Assembly (NCBI GenBank): GCA_934590505.1
Contig: CAKTPC010000001.1
Span: 1 to 57,687 of the forward strand
Length of the DNA: 57,687 nucleotides
Reading direction: 5' to 3'
Source: an uncultured Oscillospiraceae bacterium
GTDB taxonomy: Bacteria > Bacillota > Clostridia > Oscillospirales > Oscillospiraceae
This document shows, piece by piece, positions 1 through 8,779 of this stretch. Under the pieces are notes generated by a model. The model saw only the letters and a list, made by a program, of their open reading frames with translations, was not told the DNA's origin and ran no database searches. Position 1 is the stretch's first letter; every line of letters begins with the position of its first letter. A program made the translations under genes and the position numbers.

Positions 1-422
1 GCGCCGGTGGCGACAGTGAAGCACGGCAGCTTGAGCTTGAAGCTGGAATAGCGCGTCATGTCGGTTATCGATCCCGTGCCGACACCGATAATGAGGTCGC
101 AGTCGTCCGGCTTATTTATCACGATCTCGCCGAGTGTCGCCTCGTCAAAGCCAAGGTGCGTTAACGTATGCTCTGTCGCAGCGATGCCCGCCGTCTGCAT
201 AAGCTCCATGCAGCGCACGCCCGCGATCTGGTAGGTTACCTTATCGCAAAGGACGAGCGGATGGGCATAGCCCAGACTCTTCACATAGTGCGGCAGGCGC
301 TCGATCGCGTCCGCCCCTATTTCCACGCCCTTTATGGGCACATAATGCGTCCTGCCGCAGTTGCACTCTAACTTTATGTTGAGGTATTTTGAAAGCTCCT
401 GCGGCGTATCGTACATTTTCAT
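1..422 (-). CDS. sn-glycerol-1-phosphate dehydrogenase-like protein (AraM/EgsA type, iron-containing alcohol dehydrogenase superfamily). Only the N-terminal ~140 aa are present; the gene runs off the window.
   Basis: Not in the ORF track. My reverse translation from ATG 422-420 (GGAG 5 nt upstream) gives MKMYDTPQELSKYLNIKLECNCGRTHYVPIKGVEIGADAIE...LIIGVGTGSITDMTRY. This is collinear with the paralogue at 4569-5831 (CACGREH..., VAVGSGTIHDIARF). Confidence 0.6.
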   Translation of the reverse strand, partial: MKMYDTPQELSKYLNIKLECNCGRTHYVPIKGVEIGADAIERLPHYVKSLGYAHPLVLCDKVTYQIAGVRCMELMQTAGIAATEHTLTHLGFDEATLGEIVINKPDDCDLIIGVGTGSITDMTRYSSFKLKLPCFTVATG

Positions 423-504
423 ATATTCTCCTCTTTCAGGTGATTTCCGCCGACATTCACGCTCACGTTGAGCGCCGGCGGAAGTCACTGCGGCGGCGGT
501 CCTT

Positions 505-536
505 AAAACATAAGCCCGCATAAAGCGGGCTTATGT
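505..536 (-). terminator. Rho-independent terminator of the ABC operon
   Basis: 12-bp stem acataagcccgc (508-519) / gcgggcttatgt (525-536) with loop ataaa. On the minus strand it is followed by a short T run (TTTAAGG). Confidence 0.6.
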
Positions 537-561
537 CGGTTAGATATTACAGCTTTGCCTA

Positions 562-1686
562 TCAGCCCTGAACGGCGGCGAGGTGCTCGTTCCACTTGGC
601 AAGAAGGTCAGCCTTCTGCGCGGTCAGAGTGGGGACGTCACGGGTGACCCAGGTGATGTCGCTGGACGCCTTGAGCCATGCGTTCTCGGGAGAGGTGTAG
701 TTGGCGTTGGTGAAGCGGAGAGTGCCCTGCATGTACTCTGCCATGGCGCTCTGGCCCTCAGCAGAGGTGACCCAGTTGACGAAAGCCTTTGCAGCAGCCA
801 TGTGGGGAGCGCCCTTGACGATCGCAACACCGAAAGCAGAGGCGGAAGTGCCGTTGGAGGGGTAGCGAACCTCGGTGACAGCCTCAGTGCCGAGGTCGGC
901 TGCGCTCTGGTTGAGCTTGATCGCACCGTCCTCGTAGGTCAGACCGACAACGTACTCACCATCGGAGACGGAGTTGAAGCAGACGGAAGACTTCTCAACA
1001 ACGACCATGTTCTCAAGGAGAGCGTCGATGTAGTCCCATGCCTCATCGGTGTCGATGCCGTAAACGGAGAAGATGTTGCAGAGGTTGTTCCATGCAGCGG
1101 AGGAGCTGTTGGGATCGGAGAAGACGATCTTGCCCTTGAGTGCGGGATCGAGGAGGTCTTCATAGGACTGGATGTTCAGACCGAGTTCCTTCTCAAGCTC
1201 GGTGTTGACGCAGAAGCAAACGGTGGAGAGGTGATCCATGCTGTAGAAGCCGTTGGGGGTGCTGTAGCCTTCCATCTGCTCGTCATCGTTGTCAGAGACC
1301 CATGCTTCGAATATCTCGGCGTACTTGTCGCCGTCGGAGTCAGCAAGGCCACCCCAAGTAACGTCGCCCTGGGGGTTGCCGGCTTCGGCCTGAATCTTCG
1401 CGGTGAACTCACCGGCGGAACCGGAGATGACCTCGATCTCGATGTCGGGGTACACTTCGTTGAAGCAGGTCTTGAGAGCATCAAGGTCGGCTTCGGTCAT
1501 GGAGGAGTAGAGGACGAGGGTGTCGCCCAGATCTTCCTCGACTGCCGCATCTTCGGCGGGAGCCGCTCCGTCAGCAGCGGGGGATTCATTCTGAGTGGGC
1601 TGCTCGGCAGGTGCTGCGGACTGTCCGCAGGCGCACAGTGCAAAGATCATGCAAAGCGCCAGTACGAGTGCTAGGATTTTCTTCAT
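562..1686 (-). CDS. ABC transporter substrate-binding lipoprotein (family-1 solute-binding protein, Fe3+/polyamine/thiamine-like class)
   Basis: Lipoprotein signal MKKILALVLALCMIFALCACGQ with a Pro/Ala-rich linker. Adjacent to the permease and ATPase genes. GGAG SD upstream. Confidence 0.85.
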   Translation of the reverse strand: MKKILALVLALCMIFALCACGQSAAPAEQPTQNESPAADGAAPAEDAAVEEDLGDTLVLYSSMTEADLDALKTCFNEVYPDIEIEVISGSAGEFTAKIQAEAGNPQGDVTWGGLADSDGDKYAEIFEAWVSDNDDEQMEGYSTPNGFYSMDHLSTVCFCVNTELEKELGLNIQSYEDLLDPALKGKIVFSDPNSSSAAWNNLCNIFSVYGIDTDEAWDYIDALLENMVVVEKSSVCFNSVSDGEYVVGLTYEDGAIKLNQSAADLGTEAVTEVRYPSNGTSASAFGVAIVKGAPHMAAAKAFVNWVTSAEGQSAMAEYMQGTLRFTNANYTSPENAWLKASSDITWVTRDVPTLTAQKADLLAKWNEHLAAVQG

Positions 1687-1755
1687 TTTGGTTCTCCTTT
1701 TTTTGATATATTCCCGGATGCATTTGCATCTATAGGGCGGTCGTGTGCCGGGGGA

Positions 1756-3408
1756 TCAGAGCTGTATATCGTCCTCGGACTTGCTTATTGCCATGTAGAG
1801 GAAGAGGCTCAGTGCGGTGATGACGGTGAGGATGGCCGCAAATGCTGCTGCCGTGCCGTATTCGCCGCGTCCGATGTAGATATACGCCTGCATGGTGAGG
1901 GTGGTGGTCTTGTTGCTGTAAAGTATGACGGAGCTTGACAGCTCTGTCACGATGGCGACCCAGCTGAGGATCGCGCCGGAGAGGATACCGTTTGACATCA
2001 TGGGTACGGTTATCTTCACGAAAGTTTTCAGCTTCGACGCGCCGAGGCTTATCGCCGCCTCTTCTATGCTTATCGGGATCTGCATCAATGTCGCCGTTGC
2101 CGAGCGTATCGTGTACGGCATACGGCGTATCGCAAAGGACATGATCATGATGGTCATTGTGCCGGTGAGGGCAATGGGCTTGGAGCCGTAGGCGATGAGC
2201 AGTGCGATACCGATGACGGCACCGGGCATGATGTAGGGGAGCATAGCGATAGTGTCAAGCGAGTGGTTGAGCGCGTTGTTGCGGCGCACAACGAGGTATG
2301 CGAGCACGACCGCGATGACGATGATGACCGCAAGGGCGATGATGCCCATGACGAGCGTGTTGCGCGAGGCGAGCACGAGCTTTTTCTTCAGCGCGCTCTG
2401 GTAGTTAACAAGGGAGTACCCCACGCCGAAGAGCGAGCCTTTGCTGTTGCGGAAGCTGAGATAAATGATATATATCTGCGGGAGGATCGCAATGGCGCAG
2501 AGAAGATAGCAGTATAGATGCATGAGGAAGCCACCGAGACCCTTTGCATCCTTCTTCTCCACGGGGTGCAGGGTGTTGATAGAGAATTTGAAGCGCCCTG
2601 TTGCCCACTTCTGGAGGAAGAATATCACGGCGGTGACGATGACCGCGATAATGGCGAGTGCGGCAGCAAAGTTGTAGTTCGCACCGTTTTCACCGAGATA
2701 CTCATTATAAAGCAGCACCGGGAAGGTCTTGAAGCCCTCGCCGAGGATGGTGGGCGTACCGAAGTCGGCAAACGCCTGCATGAACACCATGAGTGTAGCG
2801 GCGAGGATGGTGGGCATAGTGAGATGCAGCACGATGTTGAAAAGGCGCTTTACACCGGTGCAGCCCATATTTGCCGAGGCCTCCATGAGGGTATTGTCAA
2901 TGCTCTTGAAAGCACCGTTCATGTAGATGAACACGAGCGGGAAGAACTTGAGCGTCTGCGACAGGGCGATGCCGCCGAAGCCGTAGATACTGGGCAGGGT
3001 GATGCCGAGGGCGGTTTTGAAAAACTTTGTGATGACACCGCTGCGTCCGAGCAGCATGACCCACGAGTACGCGCCCAAAAACGGGGCGGACATGCAGCAA
3101 AGTATGCTGACGACGAAGAGAATCTTTGCGCCCTTGAGGCGGTAGAACGCATAAAAGTAAGCAAACGGAATACCGATCACGAGCGTGAGCACCGTGACGA
3201 AAATGGTGATCTTGAAGGAGTTATAGATGGTGTCCACATAGTAGCTGTTGCTGAAAAACTTGTGGAACTGCTCCCACGAGAAGCTGCCGTCAGGCATGAT
3301 GACCGCCTGCTTGATGACGCCGAACATCGGGTAGATGAGCACCGCGATGAACAGCACCAGCAGCAGCACAGAGACGATCAGCCAGCCGTCAAAACGTTTT
3401 TTGACCAT
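1756..3408 (-). CDS. ABC transporter permease, fused two-module type (FbpB/ThiP-like)
   Basis: 550 aa, highly hydrophobic, with a duplicated permease module. Lies between the SBP and ATPase genes. Confidence 0.85.
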   Translation of the reverse strand: MVKKRFDGWLIVSVLLLVLFIAVLIYPMFGVIKQAVIMPDGSFSWEQFHKFFSNSYYVDTIYNSFKITIFVTVLTLVIGIPFAYFYAFYRLKGAKILFVVSILCCMSAPFLGAYSWVMLLGRSGVITKFFKTALGITLPSIYGFGGIALSQTLKFFPLVFIYMNGAFKSIDNTLMEASANMGCTGVKRLFNIVLHLTMPTILAATLMVFMQAFADFGTPTILGEGFKTFPVLLYNEYLGENGANYNFAAALAIIAVIVTAVIFFLQKWATGRFKFSINTLHPVEKKDAKGLGGFLMHLYCYLLCAIAILPQIYIIYLSFRNSKGSLFGVGYSLVNYQSALKKKLVLASRNTLVMGIIALAVIIVIAVVLAYLVVRRNNALNHSLDTIAMLPYIMPGAVIGIALLIAYGSKPIALTGTMTIMIMSFAIRRMPYTIRSATATLMQIPISIEEAAISLGASKLKTFVKITVPMMSNGILSGAILSWVAIVTELSSSVILYSNKTTTLTMQAYIYIGRGEYGTAAAFAAILTVITALSLFLYMAISKSEDDIQL

Positions 3409-3422
3409 AGCCTGCTCCTCCG

Positions 3423-4538
3423 TTATGCCTTCGCACAGTCATTGCACACGCCGGTGAGTATGTTCTCCTCGCCGTCGGCAGTGAAGAGGTTGACCTTATC
3501 CGTGTTTATTTTCAGCTTTATCTCGCTCCCCGGTTCGATAATACTGTCGATGGAGGACTCCTGAATTATCTCGACCTCCTCGCCGGAGGACAGATGCACA
3601 AAGTAATGGGTGTTCAGCCCGAGGAACACGCAGTCATCCACGATGGCGGAGATACCCTCTGTGCTGTCGCGGTCGAGCAAAAACTCTTCCGGACGCACGG
3701 ACAAGGTGATCTCCTGCTCCTTCTGCTGCTCGGGGCGGACGGTATGTATCTCGGCGCGGTAGCCGGAGAGCGTTTCAAGATAGGTCTTGCCGCCGTCGAC
3801 GACGAGCTTGCCCTTTATCACGTTGGAGCGGCCGATAAACGTGGCGACGAAGAGGTTTGCCGGGCGCTGGTATATGCTCTTGGGCGTGCCGACATGCTGG
3901 ATGACGCCGGCATTCATGACGGCAATACGGTCGGAGACCGCCATGGCTTCCTCCTGGTCGTGCGTGACATACACGGTGGTGATGCCGACATTGTGCTGGA
4001 TGTTCTTGATGACCGTGCGCATCTCAACGCGCAGCTTCGCGTCAAGGTTGGACAAAGGCTCATCCATCAGCAGAACGTCCGGCTCGATGCACAGTGCGCG
4101 TGCGAGCGCAACGCGCTGCTGCTGACCGCCGGAAAGGCGCTCAGGCATACGGTCGGCGTACTGGTCGATCTGCATGAGCTGCATGAACTTCTCGGACTGG
4201 GTCTTTATCTTGTCCTTGGGGAACTTCTTGTTTCTCAGGCCGAACTCAACGTTTTTTCTGACGGTGTAGTGCGGGAAGATGGCGTAGTTCTGGAAGACCA
4301 TGCCAATGTTGCGCTTGGCGGGGTCAAGGTCGTTTATGCGCTTCTCGCCGAAGAAGAAGTCGCCGCCCTCGATGCTGTTGAAGCCCGCGATCATTCTCAG
4401 AAGTGTGGTCTTGCCGCAGCCGGAGGGACCAAGCAGCGTGAAAAACTCGCCCTCTCTAATGTCAAGGCTCAAGTCGGGAATGATGACGTTGTCACCGTAC
4501 TTTTTAAGAGCGTGTTTTATGATGATCTCTTCACTCAC
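3423..4538 (-). CDS. ABC transporter ATP-binding protein (PotA/FbpC-like with C-terminal regulatory domain)
   Basis: Walker A GPSGCGKTT, signature LSGGQQQRVALARAL, Walker B LLMDEPLS. 371 aa. Confidence 0.9.
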   Translation of the reverse strand: MSEEIIIKHALKKYGDNVIIPDLSLDIREGEFFTLLGPSGCGKTTLLRMIAGFNSIEGGDFFFGEKRINDLDPAKRNIGMVFQNYAIFPHYTVRKNVEFGLRNKKFPKDKIKTQSEKFMQLMQIDQYADRMPERLSGGQQQRVALARALCIEPDVLLMDEPLSNLDAKLRVEMRTVIKNIQHNVGITTVYVTHDQEEAMAVSDRIAVMNAGVIQHVGTPKSIYQRPANLFVATFIGRSNVIKGKLVVDGGKTYLETLSGYRAEIHTVRPEQQKEQEITLSVRPEEFLLDRDSTEGISAIVDDCVFLGLNTHYFVHLSSGEEVEIIQESSIDSIIEPGSEIKLKINTDKVNLFTADGEENILTGVCNDCAKA

Positions 4539-4568
4539 TTGTGCTCTCTCCTTTACATTTGTTGTATA

Positions 4569-5831
4569 TTATTCGATTTCGTATATCTTTATCATCCGGC
4601 GCGTTCTCATAAGCGTCAGACGATTGCGCACAAGGGGTGAATTTTTCAGCAGTACGGGAAGATCGATCTCCTCCACACCGATGGAAGCAAGATCGCGCTT
4701 CGCGTCTAGCATCTCCAGAAGCCCGTAAAGGTACTCCTCAGTCGGGAGCTCGTCAATTATATGCCGCAGCTCACCCCAGCTCGCGCTGAGCTTTTCGCGG
4801 CTCACCTTTGCAAGGCAGTCGTTTTCGTTTTCTTTTATCAGCGAATCCGCCAGCCGCTCGCCGAAGAACTTGCGAAAATGCTCCTCCGGTATGGGGGCGT
4901 AGTCGGTTATGTACGGGGTGATGTCCTCTACCTTTGCAAGGCGCTTATATTCGCGCACCGCAATGAGCGAGCCGACGCCGGTTTTCTCACCATGCATGGC
5001 GGGGAACTTTACCGGGAATGCTTCAGGCTCCATCTCTATCATGTGGGATATATGATGCTCCGCGCCGGAGGCGGGGCGGGAGTTGCCCATCATCTGCATT
5101 GCGATGCCGCTCATGATGAGCGCATAGGTCACATCGGCGTAGGCGCTCTCCTCGCCGCGGGCAATGCCGGGGACGCTCTGCATGACTGTGTCGGCGGCAT
5201 CCTGCATTATACTATAAATTTCTTCACAAAGCAACTCATTAGTGAGGACGTGCGCCATTTTCCAGTCGGCAAGGGCGGTGTATTTCGCCATAATGTCTCC
5301 CACGCCGCTGCGCACAAGCTCCATGGGAGCGTTCTTGATGATCTCCGTGTCTGCCAGAACTATCTCCGGCGCGACGGCGGGCAGCGTCTTTTTGAAGCCG
5401 TACCACGTCATTGCAGCGACAGTGCTGCAGAAGCCGTCCACGCTCGCGCCTGTCGGGCAGGAGACAAAGCGTATGCCGCGCTCGTGCGCGCAGAAGCGCG
5501 CGATGTCGTGAATGGTGCCGCTGCCGACGGCGACAATTACTTCCACATCGCCCTCAAGCTTCGCGAGCACCTCCGCCGTGGATATCTCGTTCGCGTGCAG
5601 CCCAGTCGGGTCAAGCACGATCTTCTGCTCGGCGCGCGGATGCCTGTCCGCCGTGGCGGCATAGGAGTTTTCGCCGTAGAGCGCGCAGCGCTTACCCGTG
5701 ACACCGAACTGCGCCATGTACTTCTCAAACTCAAAAAGGCAGCCCGGCTCTATCACCGCGGCGCGGGTCTCCATGGTATGCTCGCGTCCGCAGGCGCATT
5801 TTCCGGCGTACTTGCTGCAATCTATAAACAC
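4569..5831 (-). CDS. sn-glycerol-1-phosphate dehydrogenase-like protein (AraM/EgsA family)
   Basis: GSGTIHDIARF nucleotide-binding block and HHISHMIE metal-ligand block. 420 aa. Paralogue of the partial gene at 1-422. Confidence 0.7.
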   Translation of the reverse strand: MFIDCSKYAGKCACGREHTMETRAAVIEPGCLFEFEKYMAQFGVTGKRCALYGENSYAATADRHPRAEQKIVLDPTGLHANEISTAEVLAKLEGDVEVIVAVGSGTIHDIARFCAHERGIRFVSCPTGASVDGFCSTVAAMTWYGFKKTLPAVAPEIVLADTEIIKNAPMELVRSGVGDIMAKYTALADWKMAHVLTNELLCEEIYSIMQDAADTVMQSVPGIARGEESAYADVTYALIMSGIAMQMMGNSRPASGAEHHISHMIEMEPEAFPVKFPAMHGEKTGVGSLIAVREYKRLAKVEDITPYITDYAPIPEEHFRKFFGERLADSLIKENENDCLAKVSREKLSASWGELRHIIDELPTEEYLYGLLEMLDAKRDLASIGVEEIDLPVLLKNSPLVRNRLTLMRTRRMIKIYEIE

Positions 5832-5847
5832 CTTTCAACGCTCCTCT

Positions 5848-6564
5848 TCACAGAAACTCTTTCATGTACTCACCAAAGCGGGTGTAATCATCCACGCAGA
5901 TAAAGCGGAAGTCGGAGCGGTAGACCGCCTCATCGTTGCCGCCCGGACCGTAATCATCGCCGACATAGACGATCTCGGAATGATCATAGCCATACTCGGT
6001 GCAGTACCGGTCGAGCGCGTAATATTTGTTGTACGGGAAAGGAGCAAGGTCGAACGACGACGACCCACCGATGAACACCGTATAATCGGGGAAAGCATCG
6101 CGCACGACAGGGTACATCGGCTTGCGCTTTGCGCGATACGGGTCGAAGGCGAGCTTGTCGGTAATGTCCGCCGCGGTGCCGAGCAGCGGGAACGTGACGC
6201 AGCCGGAGTCGTGATACTCTACATTATTGCCCTTGAATACCGTATACCCGAAGCGCTCCCTCAGCGCGGTCACGCGAGCCTCGACGCTGGCGCGGTCACA
6301 GGGGGCGTGCTCATCAAAAACATGGTCAAGCTCACCTGTCGCGGCGTTATATGTGCAGAACTGCATTCCGTAATTGCCGATAATATCTATGGGGTAGCCG
6401 TTCATCTGACTGAATATGCGGCTGCACATCCCCGCGCCGACCATCAGAAGCTTGTACTTTGCGCGCAGTGCGTCCAGCACACCGAGATTGGGCTGGGCAA
6501 GCTTCGTCTTGTGCTGAGTGAGCGTGCCGTCAAGGTCAAACGCGATCAGTCTTACGTTATCCAT
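5848..6564 (-). CDS. HAD-superfamily hydrolase (IIB-like sugar/polyol phosphatase)
   Basis: Start moved to the internal Met (MDNVRLIAFDLDGTLT = HAD motif I DxDGT). Motif IV is VGDDYGPGGNDEAV. The upstream part of the tracked ORF has no protein-like features. Confidence 0.75.
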   Translation of the reverse strand: MDNVRLIAFDLDGTLTQHKTKLAQPNLGVLDALRAKYKLLMVGAGMCSRIFSQMNGYPIDIIGNYGMQFCTYNAATGELDHVFDEHAPCDRASVEARVTALRERFGYTVFKGNNVEYHDSGCVTFPLLGTAADITDKLAFDPYRAKRKPMYPVVRDAFPDYTVFIGGSSSFDLAPFPYNKYYALDRYCTEYGYDHSEIVYVGDDYGPGGNDEAVYRSDFRFICVDDYTRFGEYMKEFL

Positions 6565-6794
6565 ATTCTCTTTTGCCTTTCGTATATGAACTTTTCCAGC
6601 GCACGTGGGTTTAACGTGCGGTTTCCAACACTTTGACAAATTTGCATCAAAAATATATATTTCACCCGCCTTGCGGCGGCGTTTTCCATCAAAATAGCTA
6701 AACCATATTATACTCACAATACTTGACTTCTGCAAGATTTGGCGCTAATATTGAGAAACGATCAAAAACGATCAATGTTAAGGCGGGGACAGCA

Positions 6795-7538
6795 GTGAAA
6801 AACGAACGGTACGAGAAAATAATGAATATATTGGCAGAGCGCGGCTATGCAAGCGTGGACAGACTCAGTAAAGAGCTCTTTGTCAGCATGCCGACGGTGC
6901 GGCGCGACCTGAACACAATGCAGGATCTTGGACTCGTGGTGCGCAGCCACGGCGGTGTGGTGCCGCGCTTGAGCGATATGGACGGTGGCCCCGCGGTTTT
7001 CCGCATGGGCGTCAATCCGCAGGAAAAGCTCAAGCTCGACAAGGCGGCAGCGAAGCTGCTGCGCGACAACTGCATGGTGTTTATGGACGAATCCACTACG
7101 ACGCTGCACATCATCGACCAAATGAGCGCTTACAAGAACATCACTGTTGTCACCAACAATATCTCCGTTTTGCAGCTCGCGGCGAAGTACCGCGTCCCCA
7201 CCATCTGCCTCGGCGGAGAGACATGCTATGACACGATGAGCTTTTACGGGTACGAGGCGGAGGAACTCATCACGCACTTCGGCATCGACATCATGTTCTA
7301 CTCCTCCTCGGCGATAACGCCGGGGGCGTGGATCGCCGATTACAGCGCGCGGGCAAACGCCCTGCGCCGCCGCGCTTTACAGCAGGCGGACATGAAGGTG
7401 TTCCTCTGCGACAAGTCGAAGTTTCTGAAGCCTGGCGCGTATATGCTGATGCCGTTGTGCGAGGCGGATCACATCATCACGAATGCCAAACTGCCGGAGG
7501 AGCTGAATACCGGCGCGGCGCGCGTGACGATCGTGTGA
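6795..7538 (+). CDS. DeoR-family transcriptional regulator
   Basis: VKNERYEKIMNILAERGYASVDRLSKELFVSMPTVRRDLNTM is a typical DeoR HTH, followed by a sugar-phosphate-binding C-domain. GTG start at 6795 with AAGGCGGGG upstream (ATG 6822 is the alternative). Divergent from the HAD operon. Confidence 0.85.
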   Translation: MKNERYEKIMNILAERGYASVDRLSKELFVSMPTVRRDLNTMQDLGLVVRSHGGVVPRLSDMDGGPAVFRMGVNPQEKLKLDKAAAKLLRDNCMVFMDESTTTLHIIDQMSAYKNITVVTNNISVLQLAAKYRVPTICLGGETCYDTMSFYGYEAEELITHFGIDIMFYSSSAITPGAWIADYSARANALRRRALQQADMKVFLCDKSKFLKPGAYMLMPLCEADHIITNAKLPEELNTGAARVTIV

Positions 7539-7676
7539 AGGACACCATTTCCTGGTTTCTTTCACCGTATCTTCCTTCCCGCAACTTCTACTGTATACAT
7601 GTTCTTTGACACACTCTATAAAGCATCGTTTGTTTTTCTTAGGCATCTGCGCAGCTTGTGCGGAGGAACTGAATAG

Positions 7677-7889
7677 AATGCAGATGCCGCGGCAGAAGCG
7701 GAGCATGACGGCCCCTATGAGATACCTGTGGATGCAACTGTCCTGTCCCTTGGCATCCAGCCCGATACCAGCATGCTCGAAGAACTTGACAAGCGCTTTG
7801 ACAAGGTAGTTTATGTTGGTGACTGCGATAAGCCCAGCCTCATCGGCAATGCCACCGGCGCGGCATACCTCGCAGCAAAAAACCTGTAA
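7677..7889 (+). pseudogene. 3' remnant (~70 codons) of an FAD/NAD(P)-dependent oxidoreductase (2,4-dienoyl-CoA reductase / BaiCD-type C-terminus)
   Basis: My translation: NADAAAEAEHDGPYEIPVDATVLSLGIQPDTSMLEELDKRFDKVVYVGDCDKPSLIGNATGAAYLAAKNL*. It has no start codon or N-terminal domains, and a stop codon lies immediately upstream at 7674. Confidence 0.5.
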
Positions 7890-7899
7890 TCTTCATAAC

Positions 7900-7938
7900 A
7901 AAATGACCGTAAGTTGCTATGCGGCTTACGGTCATTTT
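7900..7938 (+). terminator. Rho-independent terminator belonging to the truncated oxidoreductase gene
   Basis: aaaatgaccgtaag (7900-7913) / cttacggtcatttt (7925-7938), 14-bp stem ending in a T run. A second 11-bp hairpin follows at 7944-7969. Confidence 0.6.
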
Positions 7939-7979
7939 GAACTCCACACGACTCAACTGAGTCGTGTGGTTGCTATCCT

Positions 7980-8198
7980 TATATCTCCAGCGCATTGTGC
8001 AGCTTTCTTGAGGATAAGTTTGAAACGCCATGTGAATGTTGCCAGCGTCATAGGTTCGTCCAGCTCATGCTTTCTGAACAGAAAGTTGTTGTCGGTTATA
8101 GTTCGTCCATCCTAGTGCAGTGTCTCATTCTCGCAATAGCGGCGTTGCTCCTTCAGGAGAGTCCACATCTCCCATTTCCTCTCTGTTGACCTCAGCAG
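7980..8198 (-). pseudogene. Internal fragment of a tyrosine recombinase/integrase with an in-frame stop
   Basis: My translation: LLRSTERKWEMWTLLKEQRRYCENETLH*DGRTITDNNFLFRKHELDEPMTLATFTWRFKLILKKAAQCAGDI. This matches the ...FLF...G.P....F...FK..LKKAG block that precedes the catalytic HxLRH. The catalytic C-terminus is missing. Confidence 0.4.
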
Positions 8199-8296
8199 AG
8201 TAGAGGTCTGTTTTGCAGACATAACATACTGCAAACAGGTACAGAAAGCTATTACTATTTTTGCACGCAGGAGAAATTCTACCAAACCAACAATGA

Positions 8297-8482
8297 TTAC
8301 GGTCTTGATCTTATAGACTCACCAAACCGCACGGCTGCAAACACTTCGGCTGCACTGCGCTTTTTGTCGAGCCGTGGGTGACAGTACGTGCGTTCGAGGA
8401 AGGACGTGCCGCAATGACCTACGAGGTCGGCAACGGTCTGCTTGTCAATGGCGTCAGCGACGTTTCTTCCCCACAAAATCAC
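8297..8482 (-). pseudogene. C-terminal remnant of a tyrosine recombinase/integrase
   Basis: ADAIDKQTVADLVGHCGTSFLERTYCHPRLDKKRSAAEVF matches the integrase LGH......Y.H tail (catalytic His/Tyr region). Only ~60 codons remain, with stops immediately upstream. Confidence 0.5.
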
Positions 8483-8712
8483 AAAATTAAAGGAGCTATC
8501 AATTACACTGCTTTCGACCCTTCGTGAGGTGCTGGGCGAGATCCGGAACTGAACTTGAGTTGGCTGATTGGCTGAGAGAAATTAGAGAATAAATTTTGAA
8601 TTGACCAATAAGCTGAATAAGTTATGATTTTATGAGTTTGAGTATAAACGAATATTGCTGCAAGAGCACAGTACCGGTTGACATTTAATTACTGTGATTT
8701 TATTGACATGTG

Positions 8713-8740
8713 TTGACTTGAAAATAAAAGCTGATATAAT
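8713..8740 (+). promoter_or_regulatory. SigA-type promoter for the alpha1-TetR transcript
   Basis: TTGACT (8713-8718), 16-nt spacer, TATAAT (8735-8740), ~40 nt upstream of ATG 8780, in an AT-rich stretch. Confidence 0.45.
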
Positions 8741-8779
8741 ATTTACATATGTATATAATACGGCATGGGGGCTGTTGTC

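Noticed and set aside
583-6636. Long plus-strand ORFs 583-1674, 2518-3564, 3594-4640, 4761-5903 and 5698-6636 (312-380 aa each).
   Set aside because: They are antisense shadows of clearly recognisable minus-strand genes in high-GC DNA. Their translations are low-complexity (Gly/Arg/Asp/His-rich) with no motifs and no ribosome-binding sites.
7606-8189. Small ORFs 7606-7809, 7813-8115, 7840-8031 and 7995-8189 in the junction region.
   Set aside because: They cut across the oxidoreductase and integrase remnants and across terminator hairpins in other frames. None has an SD or motifs.
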